Part shown: positions 47,901-56,841 of the stretch, piece by piece
Layout: the number at the start of each line of letters is the position of its first letter
Position numbering within the stretch: the stretch's first letter is position 1
Assembly: GCA_964531325.1 (NCBI GenBank)
Contig: CAZHCW010000018.1
Coordinates: forward strand, 11,785-75,784
DNA: 64,000 nucleotides
Direction: 5' to 3'
Source of the DNA: an uncultured Ignavibacteriaceae bacterium
GTDB lineage: Bacteria; Bacteroidota; Ignavibacteria; Ignavibacteriales; Ignavibacteriaceae
Translations under genes and position numbers: made by a program
Notes under the pieces: model-generated
Told to the model about the DNA's origin: nothing
The model's database searches: none
What the model saw: only the letters and a program-made list of their open reading frames with translations

Positions 47901-48094
47901 AGAAAGGTATCGAGGCAAATATTTATATTTCAGGTGATGTAAAAATTCCGGAGGGTGGAATAAGATTTGTGGTCCCAAAAAAATTCCGGAAGGAAAGAAT
48001 TGAACTTAACGACAAACATATTGAACCGGGATTATCAGGCGAGGTGATTATAAACTCACTTCCGGCAAAGGTTGAACTAATTTACTGGAAATAG
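44915..48094 (+). CDS. Secreted discoidin (F5/8 type C) domain protein with C-terminal GH15-like (alpha/alpha)6 domain
   Basis: 1059 aa with a signal peptide. The discoidin-like region is NPETFWSGGKG...EFGGIVTDWANNDFPAKYIFEGSNDKINWTKL. The C-terminal region is SYERSWIRDGALTSAALLKMG...NGEFIYLIYQYYRYTGDKEF. Confidence 0.72.
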   Translation: MKNRLFYFGFSLIMFTNFYLNGQIFFRENFDKPDSWKINASEGVEVLSKSDQGVSGECISFDVNFTLGSGYGGIYDLVDVELPENYQLTFWVKAKDIPSNNFEIKLVDPSGDNVWWMNKKGFDFPGEWTKITVHKRNLNFAWGPQGGGEIKRIGRIEFIVASVNGGKGTIYLDDLKIEKLDPPSAPTSDPVVSFSDVTLKSTGNQLFDKNPETFWSGGKGIKNFELNIDFTGHKEFGGIVTDWANNDFPAKYIFEGSNDKINWTKLSESKGKSGKSYIVTPEARYRYLKMKIQNDNKNELRLNDIVFKDITFGDNNNNLFYEIAAESPKGRFPRYTLKQQNYFTVVGVSGDVKEGLLNEDGLLETDKQSFSVEPFLHLNGKFITWHDVEISHALLDNYLPLPSVTWKGDGFELKILAFASGEPGSSILYSGYEITNTGNKDLSGNFFLALRPFQVNPPWQDLNFYGGTAKVETIEFKNNFVLVNNKTTVIPLDKSDNFGALPFVEGDITSFLAENRLPESKSITDNQALGSGAFSFNLYLKPGEIKYIPFAIPQYQNIQPDSVLKQNLNSYLFDVEYTKTKDFWVKKLDHVKWTVPAELQQVFNTVKSNMAYVLINRDNVGIQPGSRSYERSWIRDGALTSAALLKMGLKEEVKEFAEWYAKYLYKNGKVPCVVDKRGPDPVPENDSNGEFIYLIYQYYRYTGDKEFIKNLFPKVEQAVGFIRHMISERSTPHYRDNKNDSIRSLYGLVPESISHEGYSDKAMHSYWDNFFTLLGLKDAVTMAKLLGKDELTKSYTATRDSFETNLYNSIRLAIKRTGIDYIPGCAEKGDFDATSTTIAVYPGGEIHNLPQPYLDNTFKKYYQFFKDRRDGKLKWNEYTPYEVRTIGTFNFSGQTDIAWELIQFFTKDQRPQGWNHWAEVVTRDYRFARFVGDMPHTWCGSDFINAIRAMVIHERESDNSLLIAPGFPDAWYEFEEGFSFTNLPTYYGEVSYEIKKKGIEANIYISGDVKIPEGGIRFVVPKKFRKERIELNDKHIEPGLSGEVIINSLPAKVELIYWK

Positions 48095-48238
48095 ACCAAA
48101 ATGTATTAATAGTTTATATATTCCATATCCGATAGCACTATATATAGCTATCTTGATGAGAAATTTAAAAATCCCTGCTGCACTTTTGAGTAGAAGTATG
48201 CCGATGAGGATTATGACCAAAAGTCCTATTATGTCCAT
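48077..48238 (-). CDS. Possible 53-aa hydrophobic peptide with two transmembrane segments (below the ORF-track cutoff)
   Basis: Hand translation gives MDIIGLLVIILIGILLLKSAAGIFKFLIKIAIYSAIGYGIYKLLIHFGLFPVN. It overlaps the convergent 3' end of the 44915 gene by 18 nt. Confidence 0.25.
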   Translation of the reverse strand: MDIIGLLVIILIGILLLKSAAGIFKFLIKIAIYSAIGYGIYKLLIHFGLFPVN

Positions 48239-48376
48239 GATTTAATTATCTTTTGTTTTTGATTATTGACTGAAGTTTATAAAACAGGAAAATTTCACCG
48301 TTAATATGCAAATTAACTCATATTAACCACCAACTTCGTAATTTGAGTTTGATATTTCTCAAATTTGAGGTGCAAA

Positions 48377-49624
48377 ATGCTCCGACCCGTTTTATCTTTA
48401 TTCTTTCTTGTTTTGCTTTTGGCACTTCCAACAGTTGCGCAATCCCCCCATCCAAATGCCATGAATGTCCCTTCGGGAATCGATTCAAAATTTAGATCCG
48501 ATCCTGAAAAGAATTTAACTGAATTTGTTAATACCATTCTCAAAGGAATCACTTCAGACGAAGAGAAAATCAGAATTCTTCACGACTGGACTGCCCTGAA
48601 CATCCGCTACGATGTTGAGGGTTATTTTGGGAACAGTAAAATTGTTTACAACACTTTTGATGTTATTAAAACAGGAAAATCTGTCTGTGAAGGTTATTGT
48701 AATGTGCTTGAAGTGCTGCTCACCACCGCAGGAATCGAGAATAAAAAAGTCCCGGGCTACGCCCGTGGGTATGGATTTGATATTTTTGCCGGAAATGAAA
48801 AATTTGAATCAAACCATGCATGGACTGCAGTAAAACTGAACGGGAAATGGGAGTTGATTGATGTAACATGGAATTCGGGATTCATCGATGGAATTAGATT
48901 TGTATCCAACTACTCCCTTGGTTATTTTCTGATATCCCCACAAAAATTTGTTTATACCCATTTCCCTGAAAATTCTGATTGGCAATTGTTATCCCCTCCC
49001 CACTCTTTTGAAGAGTTTAGTAACATGCCCTACCTTTCAGACCGGTTTTTTGCCCTGGGTCTTGATCTGATCAATAAACCTGCAAGAATTCTTGATGCCG
49101 GAGCAGAATTTAAACTTGATATCTCCATCCCCAACGGAATTCTCTTAATAGCAAAACTTGAAGATCTGGAAGAGAACAGTTATGACAAGGCCACCATCAC
49201 TCAAAGAGTTGGTGAAAAAGGAACCGTCTATATCGTTTTTCCAAAAAAAGGTAATTATGTCCTTACACTCTTTGCAAAACATAAAGACGAAACGGGTAGT
49301 TATTCGGGAGTTGCAGATTTTGGACTAAAAGCCTCTGCCGGTAGTGATGCAAAATTTCCCATGCTTTTCAAAAAATTTATGGAATTTGGATGCCGACTCA
49401 TTTCACCCCTCACAAAACCATTTAAAATGGGACCGGATCAAATGGTTGATTTTGAGTTCTACGCTCCCGTTGAAGAGGTGGGTGTTGAGTGTGATGAGCT
49501 GATAACCATGCTCACAAAAAATGCCGCTGGTAACTTTGCAGGTAAAGTAAAAATTACAAGTTACCCCGTCAGAGTTTTTATGAAAACTGGCGACAGGTTG
49601 CAATTCTTCTGTAGCTGGGAGTAA
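48377..49624 (+). CDS. Secreted transglutaminase-like cysteine peptidase domain protein
   Basis: The ATG at 48377 gives the signal peptide MLRPVLSLFFLVLLLALPTVAQ. The core is GKSVCEGYCNVLEVLL...NHAWTAVKLNGKWELIDVTW, a Cys-His-Asp arrangement. Confidence 0.8.
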   Translation: MLRPVLSLFFLVLLLALPTVAQSPHPNAMNVPSGIDSKFRSDPEKNLTEFVNTILKGITSDEEKIRILHDWTALNIRYDVEGYFGNSKIVYNTFDVIKTGKSVCEGYCNVLEVLLTTAGIENKKVPGYARGYGFDIFAGNEKFESNHAWTAVKLNGKWELIDVTWNSGFIDGIRFVSNYSLGYFLISPQKFVYTHFPENSDWQLLSPPHSFEEFSNMPYLSDRFFALGLDLINKPARILDAGAEFKLDISIPNGILLIAKLEDLEENSYDKATITQRVGEKGTVYIVFPKKGNYVLTLFAKHKDETGSYSGVADFGLKASAGSDAKFPMLFKKFMEFGCRLISPLTKPFKMGPDQMVDFEFYAPVEEVGVECDELITMLTKNAAGNFAGKVKITSYPVRVFMKTGDRLQFFCSWE

Positions 49625-49635
49625 TGGTAATTTTT

Positions 49636-49692
49636 ATTGCGATTTTTTTCGTTGCGATTTTTTTCGCAATCAATTCATAAGTTGATGATCAA
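49636..49692 (+). repeat. ~57-bp direct repeat, copy A, flanking the ATPase gene
   Basis: attgcgatttttttcgttgcgatttttttcgcaatcaattcataagttgatgatc aligns with copy B at 50843..50898. It contains a TTGCGA-T6-TCGCAA hairpin. Confidence 0.85.
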
Positions 49693-49740
49693 TCATGATT
49701 AATAATTATGCCCTTATTGTTTTTGGGGATTGGACAGATG

Positions 49741-50838
49741 TTACCACTCCCCAATTCGCCTCTCGATAAGCCATTTACTGAACATTGGATCATCAATCTC
49801 ATACTTCGAATCAATCTTGATTACCATACCTTTTTCTTCAAGTTTTTTAAGGGCACTGAATGTTGTGCTGTTCGCCCCCAAATTATACTTTTGTCGAAAG
49901 GCTTCAGAAAGTGGTAGTAATTCCCCCTCGACAAGTCCAAGCATAATTTTTTGTTCGGTTTTTGTTAAAGTTGTCCACAGTCTTTCAAAATCATTATCGT
50001 GAATTTCCACCAGCTCAGCCATGGCAGCTTGGACCGGTGCCTGATTGCCTCTTTGTTTTGAAATGACTTCCCATACACCAAATGCAAGGCATTGAGTGTA
50101 ATAAGGGTGTGAGTTGGTGACTTTAATAATTTCTTCTGATATTGCAGGCGCATTGTCAGTTATTTCAATAAATCGGGAGATTAAAAACTCCATAAATTCT
50201 TCTTTTGGGATTTTACCGATCGGCATCAAAAATCCAAAATTATAAAAAGGAGATTTCTTTTTCTCAAAAATCTCTCTCATCATTGACTCTTTGCTGCCAA
50301 GAAATACAAAATTTACTTTTTTATGATGCTGAATTATTGCCCGCAGTTTCTGTTCAAGCCAGGTATCCAGTCTTTTTATTTCTTGAAACTCATCAATTAT
50401 CACAATTAATTTGTTGTCGTCGGAACTGATGTCCTCCAACAGCCTTAGAACATCCTCTATCACAACCTCGGGTGCACTTTGAGGATGAAATGTTATGTCA
50501 ATATTGTTGGTTTGAACATTCAGGGTTATAGCAGGGGTTATCTTAAAATTCTTTAAATATTGTTGAAATTTTTTGTAAGGATAAAGTTTATGTACCTTTT
50601 TTAGCAACTGTGCCGCGAAATCATTTGTGGAAGTTATCAGTTGCATATCCAAATAAATTACGGGACGGTCCATTTTTCGCACAGTCTTTAGTATAAGACT
50701 TGTTTTCCCAAATCTTCTTGGACTGATTATTATCAAATGGTTTTTGCTTTCCAAAACCGAATTGATACGGGCAATTTCTGCTATTCTGTTAGTGAAATGT
50801 TCACCATCAACTACGCTGCCAAACTTAAAAGGGTTCAT
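49741..50838 (-). CDS. AAA ATPase of the archaeal-ATPase/DUF234 type (ATP-binding protein with C-terminal winged helix)
   Basis: NPFKFGSVVDGEHFTNRIAEI...LIIISPRRFGKTSLI (Walker A), LIVIIDEFQEI (Walker B), and a C-terminal ...FSALKKLEEKGMVIKIDSKYEIDDPMFSKWL. Confidence 0.8.
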   Translation of the reverse strand: MNPFKFGSVVDGEHFTNRIAEIARINSVLESKNHLIIISPRRFGKTSLILKTVRKMDRPVIYLDMQLITSTNDFAAQLLKKVHKLYPYKKFQQYLKNFKITPAITLNVQTNNIDITFHPQSAPEVVIEDVLRLLEDISSDDNKLIVIIDEFQEIKRLDTWLEQKLRAIIQHHKKVNFVFLGSKESMMREIFEKKKSPFYNFGFLMPIGKIPKEEFMEFLISRFIEITDNAPAISEEIIKVTNSHPYYTQCLAFGVWEVISKQRGNQAPVQAAMAELVEIHDNDFERLWTTLTKTEQKIMLGLVEGELLPLSEAFRQKYNLGANSTTFSALKKLEEKGMVIKIDSKYEIDDPMFSKWLIERRIGEW

Positions 50839-50842
50839 TTTG

Positions 50843-50898
50843 ATTCCGATATTTTTCGTTGCGATTTATTTCGCAATATACTAAAAAGTTGATGATCC
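50843..50898 (+). repeat. ~57-bp direct repeat, copy B, flanking the ATPase gene
   Basis: attccgatatttttcgttgcgatttatttcgcaatatactaaaaagttgatgatc shares tttttcgttgcgattt, tttcgcaat and aagttgatgatc blocks with copy A, in the same order and orientation. Confidence 0.85.
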
Positions 50899-51022
50899 AG
50901 CCAAATTAATTTCTTGAGATGTAAACAAAAGTGCAGACTTCGGAAGAAAATGGATTGACCCAAATAATGATTAAAAAAGACAACGAAGAAATCGATTTGT
51001 CAGAATCTGATGGTAAAATTAT

Positions 51023-51050
51023 AAAAAAGGCTGCCCCTTTCGAGACAGCC
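51023..51050 (-). terminator. Intrinsic terminator with GAAA tetraloop
   Basis: The minus strand reads GGCTGTCTC-GAAA-GGGGCAGCC followed by T6. It lies ~95 nt downstream of the stop at 51145. Confidence 0.8.
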
Positions 51051-51144
51051 ATTATAAATTAGATATTGATTTCAGATTCCTGTTCCTCCGACTGAATTCA
51101 GAGTTTATCGGTACAGTACGCTACTCTGCTACTTCGATACTCTG

Positions 51145-54100
51145 CTACTTAAGAAACAAAGCTTTCATCGTTTTAGTGTAACTTGTGCTCGTAAGTTCGA
51201 GCGATTGAGCACTCAAACGGAAAATATAAACACCGGAAGAGAACTTCGTTCCATTGAATCTTTTTTCGTACATGCCCTTTTCCATCTCACCGGAGACAAG
51301 TTCTGCAACCTTTTGTCCTGCAATGTTGTAAACATCCAGGGTTACATTGCTTCTCTCTTTGAGGGAGAATTTTATCACTGTCTAAGGATTAAATGGATTG
51401 GGATAGTTGTTGTATAGAGTATAGTCATATTCAATTCCTTCAGATTTTGTTCCACTTACCTGAGGTTTGTTCATTGGACCATTTCCTGATGTTGAATTAT
51501 TTGACACTTCACTAAACAACAGGTTTGCTGATTTTGTGTATTCAGATGTCGGGAAATTACTGTTCAGATAAGTAAGTATAGGGGTAACCATTCCAACTGT
51601 ATCAATTAGTCCTGACGATTTGTATTTCTCTTCAAGAAGATTGTTGTAAATCATCATTACTTCTTCACTGTTGTCACCTGCTCCATACATCTTATTGTTT
51701 CCTGCATTCAGGATTTCCTGTTTGTATGTATCCATGTTTTCAGTGTCAATATTCATTAAGAGTCTTGTGGTAAACTTAAAGAGACCACCCACATTTCTTA
51801 TTGAAAGCAGATTACTTTTTAATTCACTCATATTGACATACTCATAACATTGAGGAATTAAACTGATAGCAGATTTTTTGTATCTGACATCAGCAGTTCC
51901 GTTTATGATATCTGTAAGAACAACAAGAGCATCACGAAGTTGTCCTTGGACAATCATTCTTTTGACATCTTTTATCAGAGTCTTAATACTGTCAGGGTCT
52001 CCGCCACTTTCCATCTGCTTCGGTGATGAAGAACCACCACTCAACATATTTGGATTCAGCCATATCCCTGAACAATCAGAATTGAAGCCATCTGTATTTA
52101 CGGTTATTCCACTGCCTAAAATTATTCTGAATTCACTTGGGTCTGTTGTTCCCCAATCATTACCATAAGCATCTATTTCGTAATCCAACCCCGGAGTTTC
52201 ATTTACTGTCCGGAGACTTGTTGTATCAGCATAAAAACAATTTCCACCAATATAGTTTTCTTTACTGTCAATCATCCCAAGAATTGGAGTCGAATTAACT
52301 GCGTAAATTGAAGTACCATTTAGATAGAATCTGTTATTACCAACTGTATCTGCAGTTTTAAGTAACCTCGGTGCAGAACCCGTGTATGCCCTTAAGGCGT
52401 GCTCAGTAATATTTGTAAACAAGTTATTATGTAGCCTTGGTTTGGATCCAACCATTGTAATTCCCCACAACTGACTGTCTTCGAAGGAAGAATTCCTGAT
52501 CACGGTGTTATCAGAACCATAGTTGTAACTGTAGTACAAACTTATTCCGGTATGCGTATTTTCTGTCGATACCCCATCAATTGTGTCTCCGGGGCTAACA
52601 TGACTGTATATACCACAACTGGCATTCTTTATTATCGCATTACTGATTTTCAGAGGAGTTCTGTAAGCAAATATTCCGTTACCGGCTGACCAGTGTTTTG
52701 CAACAAAGTCAAATTCCACTTTGTTGGTTGGTGTACCTTTAACCTCAAGTTGGCCATCCAGGATCAGTAGTTTGCCTGACTACATAAAAGTCAAGTTGGC
52801 ACCGGCATTTACAGTCAACTTAACATTCTGAGGAACTACAAGAGTAGTATCAACAGTATTTGAGCCTGATCTGATTGTTTCATTTGCTACAAGTGTTCCA
52901 CCGGTTTGAACTGTTGGTTCAATCTTTAGGAGTGTACCATGCCCTGCTTTAAGGAAAAGGGTAACCCATCCATCATTGGTTGTGTAATAAACTGAATCTG
53001 ACTTAAGGTCGGTAACTGTATAATTCCTGAATGTTGTATCCATATTGAGCCGAAATGAAATATTCCTGTCTGAATTATCGGTGGTAAGATCGTCTAAATC
53101 AGGTTCCTGAATATTACATCTTCTGTTAACCAGGTAAATATATTTTGCATCAACAATCTTTCCTGCAGGAGGATTAAGTTCATTAAAATAGCCGATTTCT
53201 ACATACTTATTTACATCCGGTGGGTAAAAAGTGCCCGGATATTGTGTATATACTTCAGATATCCAATCTATCGTATAATCTTCAGCACTGTGCCAGCTAA
53301 TTGCATCAAGCCAGTTTAATCCAAGAATTTTATTCTCAATTTTCCTGGTATCGTCAATTAGGGCTTTTGTTGCGTAATATCTGTAGTTTGGTACTTGAGC
53401 ATTACACGGGTTTTGAACCAGTCCCTCTCCATCGGTACCCAAATAGGGATTTTGGAATTCATCAAAAATTCCAAAGGTATTCCATACAGTTTTATTTGGT
53501 TCCGGTTCTGCATTCCAAGTAGGAGTCATATATATCATAAATCCTTTGGCTCCGTAAGCGAGTGCCATGTTTCCCTGAACAAATATTTCATCTCTTGTTG
53601 GTGCTCTCCTCATACTTGTCGCATTCGGGACTATACTAAACTGACCACCGGAATTATATACCACATGCTCAGCATGAACTTGTAAAATATATATCAGAGG
53701 GATGTCATTGGTAAGTTGGGTATCAAATTTTTTAGCTGCTCTTATTGCAGGGCGTAGTCCTAAAAACTGATAAGAGAGGGTATCTGGATCATCACCGATG
53801 AATCGGAAATTCACCAACTCCTCAAGTGCAGTTTGAACATCTGACTGGGTTGTATCAACCTCTTGTCTGAAAGGATAAACATTATAGAGAAGATATTTTC
53901 TCTTATATTCTTCATCTGTTGCGGATTTCCCGTATTGTTGGTCAAACCGCATTCCTCATTCGGCGTGAGGACCTACTGCCCCATTTAATTCCATGGCAGT
54001 TGTACTTCCAGCAAGTGTTGACCATACCAAATCATTTATGTGTGAGAATGCTTCCGTTGCAAGAAGAGGTGGTTCATCCACATACATGCTGTGCAGGGCT

Positions 54101-55212
54101 GAACCCGCATTTTGATATTTAGTTGTAATTTGAGTACTAAAATCAGGTGGTGCGATCGGATTGGATTTGAGAGTAGGATTAAACATTCTGTCGTAGAATT
54201 CATTAAACATAATCATTCTATCACAGTAAATTGTTGCTTCCCCTGTTCAAACTGCATAATAAGCAATATTTGTATCTCCGGGTACCTTAAAAGCAGGAGT
54301 AGTGATCCATCTATAAGTTCCGGCAGAGTCCATCAACTGTCCGGCTGTTACCTTATAAGCAGCAGACAAAAAATTAGTCTCTATCCCCTCTGTAAAGTTT
54401 GGCTCTTCAATGGTCATATTTGAGTTGTATGGTCTCTGGTATAATGCATCGCCGGCAATTACATAAATCGATAAAACCACAGCATGTGGATCAACTTCTT
54501 TTTCAAGCTCATTTGCATCTCCCCTAATGAAAAATGACAACTGATAAGTTGTATCAGCATGGGGGAAATGCCCTGCTTCAATGTTGCCATAGAACATCGT
54601 GCCACCCCTTGTATGATTGTCCTCTTCTGAAGCATATCTGACTAGACTCTCGCCCAAAGGTGGGACATCATCAAATTCGTCATTGCCTGTCAATTGGGGA
54701 CTTCCAGCCGGTTGTTTTGTTGGTTCCATCGCCCAACGGGAGGACATATCGGTAGTCCCAAAACCATAGTTTTTCTGATCCGGGTTCCATGTCATATCCC
54801 AATAGCCCCCGATTTGATGTCCAAATTTGTCGGGATTGTTCCCTGTTGCCTTTACATATCTCCCCGGATCAAATGGTCCATCACCATTTCCATCCCAACC
54901 AAAGTCCATGTCAAGGAATTTGATATTACCGTAAGTGGAATTAAGTGATGGGTACGATTTGATAAATCCGAAATCACTGACGATGTTGGTCAATCCCAAA
55001 TTTACTAAGGAAGGGTAATAAAAGCTTTTTAAAAGCATACTATCCACATAGGCTTGTGAACTACAATTATGTTCTTGCCTTGCATGCTTTGGATAGACCG
55101 CAAAGTCCCAAAATGACATGTAAGGGAAGTAGTCCTTTCCCGGAACTCCTGAATTTTGGCTAAAAGATACCGAAGTTAGAATTAAGATTGTAATTATTAT
55201 TAATCTTTTCAT
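51145..55212 (-). pseudogene. Giant secreted beta-helix protein gene with T9SS sorting domain, interrupted by four in-frame stop codons
   Basis: Five track ORFs (54247..55212, 53956..54216, 52780..53952, 51382..52719, 51145..51378) share one frame, because every coordinate difference is divisible by 3. The stops are TGA at 54247..54249, TGA at 53956..53958, TAG at 52780..52782 and TAG at 51382..51384. The first piece carries the signal peptide MKRLIIITILILTSVSFSQ. The last TAG splits the sorting motif NYPNPFNP*TVIKFSL. Confidence 0.8.
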
Positions 55213-55242
55213 TGAAATTTTCTCCAGAATTATTTATTCTAC

Positions 55243-56841
55243 TTATTTTGTTAAAACTATCTTCACACTTTTTTTATTTCCTTTTTTATTCATAAATGCT
55301 CCTTCATTTGTTTGTAAATCAGTTGATTTAAGTAACATATCAAGTATATAAACCCCTGATGATATGTTCAATTCTCTGAAATCAATCTTCTCGGTTCTTT
55401 TACCGGCTGTAACTTCAATTCCCTTTTTTATCAGTTCCCTTCCTGTGGTGTTATATAATCTTAATTCTGCATACCCGCTGTAATTTCCTGCTATTTCAAC
55501 AGTTATCTCTCCCATTGTTGGATTTGGGTACGCTTTTAGTGTAATTTCTTCTTTTTCCGCATTTTCTACTTCATCATCTTCAATAGCCATGGCAACTCTT
55601 TCTCCAGCCATGATGTAGAATGTTCCTTGTGCAGCTCCGGGTTCACCGTGAGTACCAATTCCAATATCGTCAAGTCCGTCACCGTTTACATCTCCAACCC
55701 GTTCAATTATATTTGTAGGCCCTGAATAATATTTGATTGGCGTGTCATCCGGTTTATGATTTCCTCCTAGGAAAAGTCTTCCTCCACTATAGGACAATGA
55801 TGTTAAAAAATCTCCATAGCCATCCCCATTAACATCCCCAATCGAGCGACTATAAGTCCATCCCTCATTTTGTGTATTAAAACCTTCTTCCGGAGTAATA
55901 TTCACATCTCTTGTTCCGTAGCTGATTCCTATCCGATACCAATATGGATATTTGTTCTGTCCATCGTGAGTTAACAAATCAGCTTTTCCATCTTTATTTA
56001 TATCCTGAATAATGTTGTTATTGCCTACAAGTTGAAAGGACTCCAAGAAATTCACGGTATCTTCGAATGAAAAATCAGCTCTTCCAAACACAAATCTTCT
56101 CAGGTCAAAGTTTACTGGAATTGAAGGACTGTTGAGTAAAAAAGTCAAATCAGTTCTACCATCTCCATCCAGGTCTCCGTGGGTTATATCTACACCTTGT
56201 ATAGCCTCATCTGGATAGTAAGTTACTATTTGATCCGGGATCGAATCCATTTCCGGTGAGGAATTGTATATCAGAAAAGCACTTTTACGATCAAACATTT
56301 CATAGGCTCTTACGATCAATTCTTCATATCCATCTCCATTGAAATCTACCGGCCAGTCTCCTCCAATAAACTTGAAAGAACCCACTGAATTATCCGGAGC
56401 TCTAAAGGTGAAATCGGGGATTGTATCCATGTTCGGACCCCCAAGATATATATTAAGTACTAAGGGCTTCAAATTAAATGTAGTAATAATCAAATCTCTA
56501 TATCCATCCCTGTTAAAGTCACAAGCACTGATGGTGTTAGATATGGAGCCCTTAAATGCAACTTCGAAGACAGGATTGGGGCTGATTGGGTTTCCCCCAT
56601 AGAAAAGCAAGGCTTTTGCATCATAACCCCAAGTGGAAGGATATGTGACAAGTACAAAATCATCGCGACCATCATCATTCTGGTCACCCATGAAGATGAC
56701 AGTCCGTGGTGCGTATATATCATTCCTCGCAAATATAATCGAATCAAACTGGGCTTTAACTTCCGTTGACATTGTTAACAAAAGAAGAAGCAATCCAGAT
56801 AATGGCACAAATCGAAACGGGTTTAGTTTTAATTTAAACAT
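55243..56841 (-). CDS. FG-GAP/VCBS-repeat beta-propeller protein with T9SS sorting domain
   Basis: Signal peptide. Repeats DFNRDGYRDL, DFNGDGYEEL, DLDGDGRTDL, DINKDGKADL, DVNGDGYGDF and DVNGDGLDDI. The C-terminus is LKAYPNPTMGEITVEI...GVYILDMLLKS.... Confidence 0.82.
   Translation of the reverse strand: MFKLKLNPFRFVPLSGLLLLLLTMSTEVKAQFDSIIFARNDIYAPRTVIFMGDQNDDGRDDFVLVTYPSTWGYDAKALLFYGGNPISPNPVFEVAFKGSISNTISACDFNRDGYRDLIITTFNLKPLVLNIYLGGPNMDTIPDFTFRAPDNSVGSFKFIGGDWPVDFNGDGYEELIVRAYEMFDRKSAFLIYNSSPEMDSIPDQIVTYYPDEAIQGVDITHGDLDGDGRTDLTFLLNSPSIPVNFDLRRFVFGRADFSFEDTVNFLESFQLVGNNNIIQDINKDGKADLLTHDGQNKYPYWYRIGISYGTRDVNITPEEGFNTQNEGWTYSRSIGDVNGDGYGDFLTSLSYSGGRLFLGGNHKPDDTPIKYYSGPTNIIERVGDVNGDGLDDIGIGTHGEPGAAQGTFYIMAGERVAMAIEDDEVENAEKEEITLKAYPNPTMGEITVEIAGNYSGYAELRLYNTTGRELIKKGIEVTAGKRTEKIDFRELNISSGVYILDMLLKSTDLQTNEGAFMNKKGNKKSVKIVLTK

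Noticed and set aside
51145-55212. Alternative genetic code, or selenocysteine/pyrrolysine, as the explanation for the in-frame TGA and TAG codons.
   Set aside because: TGA clearly terminates lepA (6343..6345) and the S8 peptidase. TAG terminates the 44915 gene and this gene itself. Two different stop codons are involved. No redox CxxU-type context or pyl-type context is visible. A global reassignment is therefore not supported, though local read-through cannot be excluded.
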